A stretch of 61,988 nt of DNA, the filler included, from Chthonomonadaceae bacterium (lineage in GTDB: Bacteria > Armatimonadota > Chthonomonadetes > Chthonomonadales > Chthonomonadaceae): the NCBI GenBank assembly GCA_035650735.1. It is 4 parts of 4 records of this genome, joined end to end, with 100 filler letters (N's around TTAATTAATTAA, not from the genome) between each part and the next. Parts side by side here need not be neighbours in the genome. Positions count along the whole stretch, not along the records: positions 1 to 31,705 come from DASRGZ010000199.1; positions 31,806 to 46,870 come from DASRGZ010000202.1; 2 more parts are not named here. One strand, written 5' to 3'. Below, one piece after another: positions 29,770 to 38,763 of this stretch. The stretch's first letter is position 1, and every line of letters begins with the position of its first letter. The translations under genes and the position numbers were made by a program. Below the pieces are notes generated by a model. That model was not told the DNA's origin and searched no databases. It was given only the letters and a program-made list of their open reading frames with translations.

Positions 29770-31068
29770 ATGAGGACCGCGCTTCATTTCGTTCTGCTGT
29801 CCCTGGCGCTCTGCTTTACCCTTTCCGCAACGCCTGCGGCCGGCCAGCAACTCTTCTTCACACCCCAGCCCGCCGGCTTTGACTCCACCCTCGTTGACAT
29901 TAACAAGTTGCAGATCCTCGACAGCACGTTCGCCTCGTGGATCCAGGGGGCTCTTATCAAGAACGGCCAGACTAATGCTCAGGATGCCAAGTTCCTCTTT
30001 CAGGAGTGCTTCGGCGGAGGGATGCTCGATGACCTGCAGAGCGCTCTGGGCACGGTGGTCCCGTGGGTGGGTGGGTCGGCCTCCCGCTGGGACCAGGAAG
30101 CCTGGCCTACCTTCGATGCAACCAACGGAGCCTGGTCGGCAGCGCTGATCCCGCAACTCAATAACGCCAACCAGACGGTCTTGACAAGCATTAACAACGC
30201 GCGCGCCCTCAGCGTGCAGGGTATCAACGGCCTCCGTCGGGAGGAGGGACAGTCGCTGGTCGCGAATGGAGGTCAGAACATCACGCTTCGCGATGTAACG
30301 GCTCAGTCGCACCATGCTATCCTCTGGGTCGGCGACACGACCTACTCCGTAGACAACCCCTTCCGCACGGCCATCGGCCAAATGATCAGCACGCTCCGGC
30401 AAGCGTGGCAGGGATCGAACTTCACGATTGACGTGTTGTTTGGCGATGGCGTCCACGACTCCAGGGGCGGCCTGCTGCCCGTCTCCTGGAACGCCAGGCC
30501 GGCAACCGCAGCCAACCTTCAGGCGACTATCACCGCCGTAGGAAGCCAGATGAGTCCCAACGAGCAGTTCCTCTTCTACGGCTTTGACCACGGTGGACTG
30601 CTCGCTCCCGTGCCTCCGCCTCCCAATCAGGTGTACCCGATCCTGATCCCGGCCAACCAGACCGTGCCGCTCATTCTACTGCTCACTCCAGATCAGCTTC
30701 TCGGACTGCTCAACAACGGGCTGCCCCCTGCGCCAGTGCTGCAGGTGATATTCCTCGCTCCCGCCGTTGGGGATGTGGACGTACTCTTTAACGGCGTGCA
30801 GATCGGCGACTTCGGACCGGATGCCGGAGATCTAGAACCCGATCCAATGATGAGCTTCGACGTCCCGATTAACCTGCTTCAACTGCGTAACACCATCGAG
30901 TTCATCAATGAAACTCCCGATACCGTCCAGATCAATAACGTGATATTCGGGACCGGGCCCGTCTTCCCCCTTCCTGTCATCCCGGAGCCGTCGGCATGGC
31001 TCACCCTGGGCATAGGCTGCCTGGGAATGGTCGTGCTCACTCGGCGCCGCCTGGCACGACGACTCTGA
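29770..31068 (+). CDS. PEP-CTERM sorted surface protein with caspase/legumain-like (clan CD) domain, apparently circularly permuted
   Basis: Signal peptide; FQECFGGG and FYGFDHGG motifs; C-terminal IPEPSAW + TM + RRR. Confidence 0.85.
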   Translation: MRTALHFVLLSLALCFTLSATPAAGQQLFFTPQPAGFDSTLVDINKLQILDSTFASWIQGALIKNGQTNAQDAKFLFQECFGGGMLDDLQSALGTVVPWVGGSASRWDQEAWPTFDATNGAWSAALIPQLNNANQTVLTSINNARALSVQGINGLRREEGQSLVANGGQNITLRDVTAQSHHAILWVGDTTYSVDNPFRTAIGQMISTLRQAWQGSNFTIDVLFGDGVHDSRGGLLPVSWNARPATAANLQATITAVGSQMSPNEQFLFYGFDHGGLLAPVPPPPNQVYPILIPANQTVPLILLLTPDQLLGLLNNGLPPAPVLQVIFLAPAVGDVDVLFNGVQIGDFGPDAGDLEPDPMMSFDVPINLLQLRNTIEFINETPDTVQINNVIFGTGPVFPLPVIPEPSAWLTLGIGCLGMVVLTRRRLARRL

Positions 31069-31158
31069 AATGGGAGCGCAATGGCGGATGGTGCTGCGGC
31101 CTCCTCGCGGACGTCCGAGACGGCGAGGAGGCTGCAATCTTTAGGAAACCAGAGGTTA

Positions 31159-31705
31159 TTATTTGCCTGGCTCTGTGAGCGTCATGCGGACGGAGGGAGT
31201 GGTAATCAGAACGTAATCGGTGGTCTTCCTCCCCTGGTTAATCTCCAGGCGAACCATGCTGCCACTCATATCTACCGACACGCCGGAAACCGTCTGGGCA
31301 AAGAGGTTCTCTATCGCCGCCTGCATGGAGGAGGGCAGCGCTCTAAAGGCGATCCCCGGGTCTGACAATGCGGCCTGCATCTCCGGCGAAAGGGCCTTAT
31401 ATTGCTCCAGGAAGCGCTTACCGCGTTCGGGTGGCCCGACCTCGTTCTTCTGCGTTGCTATCACTTCCCGGCGCGTGCGCTCCAGATCTACCCCTAGCTC
31501 TGCCAGCACTTGCCCGGCCAGCCCCTCGCGTTCCCGGAGAAGCCCTAACAACAGATGCTCAGACCCAATGTAGTTGTTGGAAAGCTGACGGGCCTCATCG
31601 TAGGCCAGATCGATCACCCGCTTGGCCCGGGGCGTCAACTGCATGTCCTGGCCTAAGCGCCCGTCGCCTCGGGTGACCTGGCGCTCGATCTCGCTGCGGA
31701 TGCGG
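31159..31705 (-). CDS. Clp N-terminal (repeat) domain protein without AAA+ module; 5' end cut by gap
   Basis: LTPRAKRVIDLAYDEARQL.NNYIGSEHLLLGL; frame is open up to the gap. Confidence 0.8.
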
Positions 31706-31805
31706 NNNNNNNNNNNNNNNNNNNNNNNNNNNNNNNNNNNNNNNNNNNNTTAATTAATTAANNNNNNNNNNNNNNNNNNNNNNNNNNNNNNNNNNNNNNN
31801 NNNNN
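31706..31805. other. Artificial contig-join spacer
   Basis: 100 nt of N with TTAATTAATTAA. Confidence 0.98.
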
Positions 31806-31953
31806 CCGCAGAGATCGGTGCGATTTGAGCCTCTTTCAGATCGGGCTGCTCTGGATTGAGCATTGCCTCAACGAAGGATTACCTATTCCAGTTCTGTTGA
31901 GCATACGGAGACTTTGCCCCGACAGAAAAAGTGTACGGTAGTGAAACTCCTTC

Positions 31954-31989
31954 GGCCCCCTCCTTGCGCTAAGGAGGGGGCCTTTTTTC
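31954..31989 (+). terminator. Rho-independent terminator
   Basis: GGCCCCCTCCTT-loop-AAGGAGGGGGCC followed by T run. Confidence 0.75.
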
Positions 31990-32075
31990 GGGTGGTCAGA
32001 CCCTGCGCCAACGGGATCGTCGGCCGTTAATTGCAAGCTTTCCGTCAAAAAGTGGCTTTCTCCCACCTTAATCTT

Positions 32076-32130
32076 CTTAACACAAATTTAAACGCTTCTT
32101 AATCTCCTCTTAATATTCAGCGGCTATACT
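32076..32130 (+). promoter_or_regulatory. Pho box array and -10 element of pst/pho operon
   Basis: YTTAA half-sites with TTAA at 32077, 32088, 32099, 32110 (11-bp period) followed by TATACT at 32125. Confidence 0.8.
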
Positions 32131-32175
32131 TCATTCACGAGAGCATCCCTAAGCTGGTTAAGGAGAGAGATAGCT

Positions 32176-33225
32176 ATGCGATGGAGAATATTCCGGGGAC
32201 GCTGCGCTTCCATTATGGCTCTGTTTGCGCTGGCCTGCGCGTCCCAGGCGGCTTCCGGCCAGACGATTGAGGGCGCGGGCGCGACCTTTCCCGCCCCTAT
32301 CTACAGGCAGTGGTTCGCCAGGTTCCAGCAGGAGACCGGGATAAGCGTGAACTACCAGGCTATCGGCTCCGGGGCCGGCTACAATGCCATCAAGGCGCGG
32401 ACGGTAGACTTTGGCGCCAGCGATGCGCCCCTTTCGGCAGCCGAAGAGGCGGCCATGCCCGGCCCCGTCGTGCATATCCCGACCGTCGGCGGCGCGGTCG
32501 TCCTCAGCTACAATCTGCCCGGCATCGGCACGGGCCTGCGCTTCACGCCGGAGATCATCGCGGGCATCTACCTCGGCCACATCAAAAGCTGGAACGATCC
32601 CAAGATTGTGGCGGCAAACCCCGGTGTGCGCCTGCCAAACCTGCCTGTTCATCCTGTACACCGCACAGACGGCTCCGGCACGACCTACATCTTCACGCAC
32701 TATCTGCGGAAGGCCAATGGCGAATGGGCCTCCTCCGTGGGCGCGGGCAAATCGGTAAGCTGGCCGGTCGGCCTGGGCGGCAAAGGCAATGATGGCGTTG
32801 CTGCGGTCGTGCGCCGCACCGCTGGAGCGATTGGCTATGTCGAACTGGCCTATGCGCGGGAGAACCATCTGGCCTACGGGCAGATACGCAACCGCGCGGG
32901 CAACTTCGTCTCGCCCAGCGTGGAAAGCACGACGGCGGCCATCGGCAAGTACATCGGCCAGCTTCGTAAAGATATCAAGACGCCGACGGTAGACGCTCCG
33001 GGGGTCAACAGCTATCCGATATGCAGCCTGACCTATATTATCCTCTACACGAACGGCGGGCGCAACACGGCAGGCGCGACCAAGCTCTGGAGCTGGGCCA
33101 TGCAGCCGACGCAGCAGGCGATGGCAAAGGCTCTCTACTATGCGCCCTTACCGGAGGCGCTGGCCCGGATCAACCTGGCGCATCTGCGCTCTGTTCGTGG
33201 CGCACAGGTCATTGGCAGCCGCTGA
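32176..33225 (+). CDS. pstS: Phosphate ABC transporter substrate-binding protein
   Basis: GAGATFP, GSGAG, DFGASD, RTDGSGTT, GKGNDGV. Confidence 0.96.
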   Translation: MRWRIFRGRCASIMALFALACASQAASGQTIEGAGATFPAPIYRQWFARFQQETGISVNYQAIGSGAGYNAIKARTVDFGASDAPLSAAEEAAMPGPVVHIPTVGGAVVLSYNLPGIGTGLRFTPEIIAGIYLGHIKSWNDPKIVAANPGVRLPNLPVHPVHRTDGSGTTYIFTHYLRKANGEWASSVGAGKSVSWPVGLGGKGNDGVAAVVRRTAGAIGYVELAYARENHLAYGQIRNRAGNFVSPSVESTTAAIGKYIGQLRKDIKTPTVDAPGVNSYPICSLTYIILYTNGGRNTAGATKLWSWAMQPTQQAMAKALYYAPLPEALARINLAHLRSVRGAQVIGSR

Positions 33226-33227
33226 AA

Positions 33228-35324
33228 ATGGCACAACCTCTTGCGGATAAGCAAGCTCCTGGAGGGGCGCTGGGCCTCAAGCCTAACAAGCGGATCGCCG
33301 GATTTCGCAAAACGCAGATTACGGACTGGTTTTTCCGCAATACGACCCTGCTCTTCGCGCTGAGTACCATCCTGCTTATCCTCGGCATGGCTCTGGCGCT
33401 CTATCTGGTTGCGCGGCAGAATATTCACTATACCGGCCTGAGATTTCTTACCGAAACGAAGTGGGATCCCACCCCGCCCGATGCCGAGAAGCTGCGCGGC
33501 AACATCTTCGGGGCCGTGCCCTTCATCTATGGCACGCTGCTCACCTCCCTGATTGCGCTGCTCCTGGCCCTGCCACTCAGCCTCGGCGCGGCCATTTTTC
33601 TCTCCGAAGTCGCGCCGCGTTGGCTCAACGCCCCGCTCTCTTTCCTGGTCGAGTTGCTGGCGGCGGTTCCCAGCATCGTCTACGGCTTCTGGGCGCTGGC
33701 CTATCTCGTTCCCCTTTTCAAAGATAGGCTGGAACCCTGGCTCAGCGCCAATTTCGGCCATATCCCCTTCTTTGCCCTGCCCTCGGAAGGCATCTCCGGC
33801 CAGGACTTCCTGGTTGCCGGGATTATCCTGGCGCTGATGATCCTGCCCTTCATCACCGCCGTCTCTCGCGACGTGCTGCGGACGGTGCCCAACGCGCAGC
33901 GGGAGGCCGCCCTGGGTATGGGAGCGACTCGCTGGGAGGCCATCCGGGACGTGGTGCTGCGCTATGGCAGCAGCGGCATCATCGGCGCGGCGATGCTCGG
34001 ATTAGGACGCGCCCTCGGCGAGACGATGGCCGTCACCATCGTGATCGGCAGTGCGCCGAGCGTGCCGCATTCGGGCGATCCGGCCAGTTTTTCCCTGCTG
34101 CGTCCCGGCTATACGATGGCCTCCAAACTCGCAGACGAGTATCCCAACCCGAACAGCCCACTGCACGCCTCCGCCCTGACCGAGATCGCCCTGCTGCTCT
34201 TTGCGGTCACCATTCTCGTCAACGCCCTGGCGCGCGGGCTGGTCTGGCTGATGGCTGCGCGGCATGGCGGCAGTTCCGGCAGCGAATGGAGCCTCAAGCT
34301 CAAGGCGGCTATCGGCGTCGGCGCGCGCTCTGCCGTCCTCGGCCTGATCGCCCTGCTCTTTCTCTACCAGGCGTTCCAGGATGTGAGAGCGCATGGCGTG
34401 ACCGGCCTGTTCGGCGCTGCGGAGTTGTTGGGGCTGGGACTGCTGGCCCTCGGTCTATTCCGCTGGCGAGTGCCTGGAACCCGGTTCTATCCGCGCTGGC
34501 GCAAGCTTTGCAACGGGTTTGCCCTGATGCTCTGCGGTGTCGGCGCCTTTGCCGCCTGCGCCGCGCTGCTGACCTTGCTCTTCTTTGTGGCGCGCGATGG
34601 GTTCTCGGCGCTGAATGGGCAGTTTTTCCGCCCGCCCAATCCGGGCAATCCCGACGCGGGAGGTATGCTGCACGCCATCGTCGGCACAGGCCTGCTGATT
34701 CTGGTGGCCTCGGCTATCGGCGTGCCTTTTGGTATCCTCGGCGGCCTCTTCCTGGCGGAGTTCGGCAATAACCGTATCGGGGCCTGGACACGCTTTGCCG
34801 CCGACCTCTTAAATGGCGTACCCTCCATCGTGGTCGGCATCTTTGCTTACTTGATCGTCGTCGCGCCCACCCGGAGCAACTTCGGGTTTGCCGGTGGCGT
34901 TGCCCTGGGCATCCTGATGATCCCGACGGTGATGCGCACGACCGAGGAGTTGGTGCGCCTGGTGCCGATGTCGCTGCGGGAGGGATCGCTGGCGCTGGGC
35001 GCAACGCACGCGCGCACCGTCTGGCAGGTCGTCCTGCCCGTGGCGCGCGGGGGCATCCTGACGGGCGTGCTACTGGCGGTGGCCCGTGTGGCCGGGGAGA
35101 CGGCCCCGCTTTTGATGGTCGGCTGCAACAGCAACCTCTGGATCACCGATCTGCGGCAGCGTATGTCGTCGCTGCCGGTGCAGATCTATGTGCTGCGTGA
35201 TGACCCGCGCCCGCTGGCGCTGCAACAGTCCTGGGGCGTGGCCCTGGTGCTTGTCCTGATGGTACTGGTCTTCAGCCTGCTGGCGCGTCTGGCCCTGCGC
35301 AGCAAAATGCGAACGGCGCTTTAG
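33228..35324 (+). CDS. pstC: Fused phosphate ABC permease PstC-PstA
   Basis: Two permease domains in one frame: ELLAAVPSIVYG..GRALGETMAV and NGVPSIVVG..ARVAGETAPL. Confidence 0.92.
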   Translation: MAQPLADKQAPGGALGLKPNKRIAGFRKTQITDWFFRNTTLLFALSTILLILGMALALYLVARQNIHYTGLRFLTETKWDPTPPDAEKLRGNIFGAVPFIYGTLLTSLIALLLALPLSLGAAIFLSEVAPRWLNAPLSFLVELLAAVPSIVYGFWALAYLVPLFKDRLEPWLSANFGHIPFFALPSEGISGQDFLVAGIILALMILPFITAVSRDVLRTVPNAQREAALGMGATRWEAIRDVVLRYGSSGIIGAAMLGLGRALGETMAVTIVIGSAPSVPHSGDPASFSLLRPGYTMASKLADEYPNPNSPLHASALTEIALLLFAVTILVNALARGLVWLMAARHGGSSGSEWSLKLKAAIGVGARSAVLGLIALLFLYQAFQDVRAHGVTGLFGAAELLGLGLLALGLFRWRVPGTRFYPRWRKLCNGFALMLCGVGAFAACAALLTLLFFVARDGFSALNGQFFRPPNPGNPDAGGMLHAIVGTGLLILVASAIGVPFGILGGLFLAEFGNNRIGAWTRFAADLLNGVPSIVVGIFAYLIVVAPTRSNFGFAGGVALGILMIPTVMRTTEELVRLVPMSLREGSLALGATHARTVWQVVLPVARGGILTGVLLAVARVAGETAPLLMVGCNSNLWITDLRQRMSSLPVQIYVLRDDPRPLALQQSWGVALVLVLMVLVFSLLARLALRSKMRTAL

Positions 35325-35356
35325 ACGGCGGTTCCGGTAAGACTGTCGTCCTGTTT

Positions 35357-35441
35357 GCGGCAGGCTAAACCCTGCCGCTGTGGGGCCTACGGCCCGCTGC
35401 CTGCCTACGCAGGCAGAAAGTCTCGCCCATCTGCGTGGGCG
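35357..35441. repeat. REP-like element inside pst operon
   Basis: GCGGCAGGCTAAACCCTGCCGC family. Confidence 0.65.
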
Positions 35442-35479
35442 GAAAGAACACCGCTTTAAACTGTTCTAAGGAGAGTAGG

Positions 35480-35893
35480 ATGCGGAAATGGATGCCGATT
35501 GGGGTCATACTGGCGAGCACGCTGCTGTTCCTTCCCGGCTGTTCAGGCGGGAAGCCTGGCGGATCGGCGGGAGCGGGCGTTGAAACCGGGGCGACGGGAA
35601 ATGAGTCTCAGGATGGGACAATCTCCAAAGCAGTAAAGGACAAGTTGGCTGCCGACCCATCGCTCAAATCAGAGAATATCGAGGTCAATGTGAACGGCGG
35701 TCAGGTACAATTAACCGGTACCGTCCAATCCATTGCCGAAAAGGATAAAGTGGAAGCGGCGGTGCGCGAAGCGATTCAGCCCTTCAGCAGCGTGAACGCA
35801 GGCATTGATAATCAGATTCAGGTCGCAGAACCGACAGAAGCAGCGGCGGGTGGCAACAATACGGGTGCAGCCGGCGCGTCCGGCAAGCCATAG
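35480..35893 (+). CDS. BON domain lipoprotein
   Basis: Lipobox [35 protein letters not shown] motif. Confidence 0.85.
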   Translation: MRKWMPIGVILASTLLFLPGCSGGKPGGSAGAGVETGATGNESQDGTISKAVKDKLAADPSLKSENIEVNVNGGQVQLTGTVQSIAEKDKVEAAVREAIQPFSSVNAGIDNQIQVAEPTEAAAGGNNTGAAGASGKP

Positions 35894-35906
35894 AGGAGAC
35901 GTCACT

Positions 35907-36785
35907 ATGGAACCTACGGCCCGGTTGACACCTGTTGAGCTATCCCCTGCGCTGATGGATGGGGAACATAGGATGCGAATGCCGCCCATAACAATAGAGA
36001 GACCCTCTGCGCAAGAGAGCACAAGCGCCGCCCAGGTGCGAATTACGGTGCGCAAGCTCAATTTCTGGTACGGCAAGTTTCAGGCTCTCAAAGATGTTAA
36101 CCTGGATGTATACGACCGCCAGGTGACCGCCTTGATCGGTCCTTCCGGGTGCGGCAAGTCTACCTTCCTGCGCACGCTCAACCGCATGAACGACCTGTAC
36201 CCCGCTACCCGCCTGGAAGGCTCTATTTTGCTGGATGGCGAGGACATCTATGCGCGCCACGTGGATGTCGTCAACCTGCGCAAGCGGGTCGGGATGGTCT
36301 TCCAGCGGCCCAACCCGTTCCCGATGAGCCTGTATGATAACGTCGCCTATGGGCCGCGCCTGCATGGCGAGCGCAATCGCGCCCGTCTGAACGAGATCGT
36401 GGAACGCAGCCTGCGGCAGGCGGCGCTCTGGGACGAGGTCAAGGACGTGCTGAAGAAGTCCGCCCTTGATCTTTCCGGGGGGCAACAGCAGCGGCTCTGC
36501 ATCGCGCGGGTGCTGGCCGTCGAGCCGGAGGTCTTATTGATGGACGAGCCGGCCTCCGCCCTCGATCCCAACTCCACGTACCGTATCGAGCAACTGATGG
36601 AAGAGTTGAAGGAGAAATATACAATAATTATCGTTACCCACAATCTTCAGCAGGCGGCGCGCGTCTCCGAGCGGACCGCGTTCTTCCTCAAGGGCGAATT
36701 GATCGAGTGCGGCGACACCTACCAGATATTCTCCCAGCCGCGCGACAGGCGCACTGAGGACTACGTTCAGGGGCGTTTCGGTTGA
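35907..36785 (+). CDS. pstB: Phosphate ABC transporter ATP-binding protein
   Basis: [45 protein letters not shown]. Confidence 0.96.
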   Translation: MEPTARLTPVELSPALMDGEHRMRMPPITIERPSAQESTSAAQVRITVRKLNFWYGKFQALKDVNLDVYDRQVTALIGPSGCGKSTFLRTLNRMNDLYPATRLEGSILLDGEDIYARHVDVVNLRKRVGMVFQRPNPFPMSLYDNVAYGPRLHGERNRARLNEIVERSLRQAALWDEVKDVLKKSALDLSGGQQQRLCIARVLAVEPEVLLMDEPASALDPNSTYRIEQLMEELKEKYTIIIVTHNLQQAARVSERTAFFLKGELIECGDTYQIFSQPRDRRTEDYVQGRFG

Positions 36786-36855
36786 TACTCCAGCCGGGGC
36801 AAGCAGGAATGAGCGCTGAGATAGCGACGGCCCCTGAAAACAGAGGTGAGCTACA

Positions 36856-37551
36856 ATGGGGTCTCTCCGTACGCATTATGAACAGGAACTGCGCGGGCTT
36901 CAGGACAGGATGCTGGAGATGGCGACGATAGCCGATGCGATGGTTGAGTCGGCGGTCGAGGGTTTGATGGCGGGCGACCTTGATTTAATCGAAGACGTGA
37001 TCCGGCGGGACGATGTGGTGGACCGCTACGACCTGGAGATCGAGAACAAGTGCTTGCTGCTTATCGCCACGCAGCAGCCGGTTGCCCGTGACCTTCGTAT
37101 TGTCGGCACGGCGCTCAAAGCCATCACGGACGTTGAGCGCATCGCCGATTACGCGGTGGATATCGCCAAGATCGGACGGCGGTTGGCCCGCGCTCAGGTA
37201 CTCTACCGCCCCCTGGTGGACCTGCCTCGCTTGGCCCAACTCAGCCGCGCCATGCTCCACGATGCCCTGCAAGCCTTCATCCGGCATGATCTCGACCTGG
37301 TGGACAAGGTCATTCACGATGACGACGCCGTAGACAGCCTCTACCACCAGATGCGCGACCGTTTAACCCGCGTAGTGATCGCCGAGCCGGCGCAAAGCTA
37401 CCTGGCCCTCAACATTCTGTTTGCCGCCAAGTACCTGGAGCGTGTCAGCGATCATGTAGTCAACATCGCCGAGCGGGTCTGCTTCATCGAGACGGGCGTG
37501 CTGAAACAACTCACGGTCAGCCACACATCCGCCGCAGATGAAACCGCTTGA
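36856..37551 (+). CDS. phoU: Phosphate signalling complex protein PhoU
   Basis: QQPVARDLR, DVERIADYA, LERVSDHVVNIAE. Confidence 0.95.
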   Translation: MGSLRTHYEQELRGLQDRMLEMATIADAMVESAVEGLMAGDLDLIEDVIRRDDVVDRYDLEIENKCLLLIATQQPVARDLRIVGTALKAITDVERIADYAVDIAKIGRRLARAQVLYRPLVDLPRLAQLSRAMLHDALQAFIRHDLDLVDKVIHDDDAVDSLYHQMRDRLTRVVIAEPAQSYLALNILFAAKYLERVSDHVVNIAERVCFIETGVLKQLTVSHTSAADETA

Positions 37552-37567
37552 AGAGGGAGTACACTAG

Positions 37568-37978
37568 ATGCTAAAGGAGCGAGAGGAGCGCTTCCTCGCT
37601 CTTATTGCCCATGATGACAAAAAGGATGATATGATTGCGCTGGTGCAGCGCCGCTATGCCGTATTTGCACAGCAGAGGCTGGTTGCCACCCAGACAACAG
37701 GCACGCTCATTGAGCAGCAAACGGACCTGCAAATTACCAAGATGCTCTCTGGGCCGCTCGGCGGCGACCTGCAAATAGGCGCGCTCATTGCTACGGACCA
37801 GATCAGGGCTGTTATCTTTCTGCGCGATCCCCTGACAGCCCACCCCCATGAGCCGGACATCTCTGCCTTGATGAAAGTATGCGATACCCATAACATCCCG
37901 CTGGCGACGAACGTGGCTACCGCCGAGTTGATCTTGCGCTACCTGTCTTTAGAGGCCCCGGCGACGGAGGAAATTTGA
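37568..37978 (+). CDS. mgsA: Methylglyoxal synthase
   Basis: [44 protein letters not shown]. Confidence 0.95.
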   Translation: MLKEREERFLALIAHDDKKDDMIALVQRRYAVFAQQRLVATQTTGTLIEQQTDLQITKMLSGPLGGDLQIGALIATDQIRAVIFLRDPLTAHPHEPDISALMKVCDTHNIPLATNVATAELILRYLSLEAPATEEI

Positions 37979-38668
37979 GTGAAAGTGCTGGTTGTTGATG
38001 ACGAACTGCCGATTGTCGAGGCGGTCGCCTATAACCTCCGTAAGGAAGGCTATCAGACGCTTACGGCAGGGGACGCCGAGCAATGCCTGGAGCTCGCGCG
38101 CACCCAAAATCCCGATCTTATCCTCCTGGACGTCATGCTGCCCTCCGCTAGTGGCTTCGATGTGTGCCGGCTCCTGCGCAAGCAGAGCGATGTGCCCATC
38201 CTCATGCTCACCGCCCGCGCCGAGGAGACGGATCGCGTCGTCGGCCTGGAATTGGGAGCGGACGACTATGTGACCAAGCCCTTCAGCATGAGGGAGCTGA
38301 TGGCCCGCGTCAAAGCCCTCCTGCGGCGCCGCGGCTCCCTGGAACGCCCTGAGACCAAGATTATTCAGATAGCGGGCCTCCTGATCGATCCATCCCGGCG
38401 TGAAGTGCGGCTGGGCGAGAAGGCCATAGAGCTTTCGCCTAAAGAGTTCGACCTGCTCCAATTTCTAGCAACACATCCGGACCAGGTCTTTATGCGGCAG
38501 GCCCTGCTGGATCACGTATGGGGGCCGAATAACCTCGTGGAGGAGAGGACGGTAGATGTCCACATTCGCTGGCTGCGCGAAAAGATCGAGCCGAACCCCT
38601 CTCAGCCCCAGCGCCTGCTCACCGTGCGGGGAGTAGGCTACAAATTCAGAGGGGCCGGTGCGGCATGA
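37979..38668 (+). CDS. phoB: OmpR/PhoB family response regulator
   Basis: Receiver DD..LDVMLP..KPF plus winged helix RTVDVHIRWLREKIE; operon context. Confidence 0.9.
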   Translation: MKVLVVDDELPIVEAVAYNLRKEGYQTLTAGDAEQCLELARTQNPDLILLDVMLPSASGFDVCRLLRKQSDVPILMLTARAEETDRVVGLELGADDYVTKPFSMRELMARVKALLRRRGSLERPETKIIQIAGLLIDPSRREVRLGEKAIELSPKEFDLLQFLATHPDQVFMRQALLDHVWGPNNLVEERTVDVHIRWLREKIEPNPSQPQRLLTVRGVGYKFRGAGAA

Positions 38669-38763
38669 TTTAGCTGCTACTGGCACCTCTGCGGCGGCGT
38701 GTTACGCCCGGTGCCCGGCCGACAGGTACATCCTCTTCTAGCCGGGAAGGACTCGGTTAAGTT

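Noticed and set aside
33021..33227. Extended N-terminus of the PstC-PstA ORF overlapping pstS
   Set aside because: ATG at 33228 directly after the pstS stop is the plausible start
37568..37978. Link between this mgsA and the N-methylglutamate synthase mgs genes
   Set aside because: Name collision only; this is methylglyoxal synthase on a different contig
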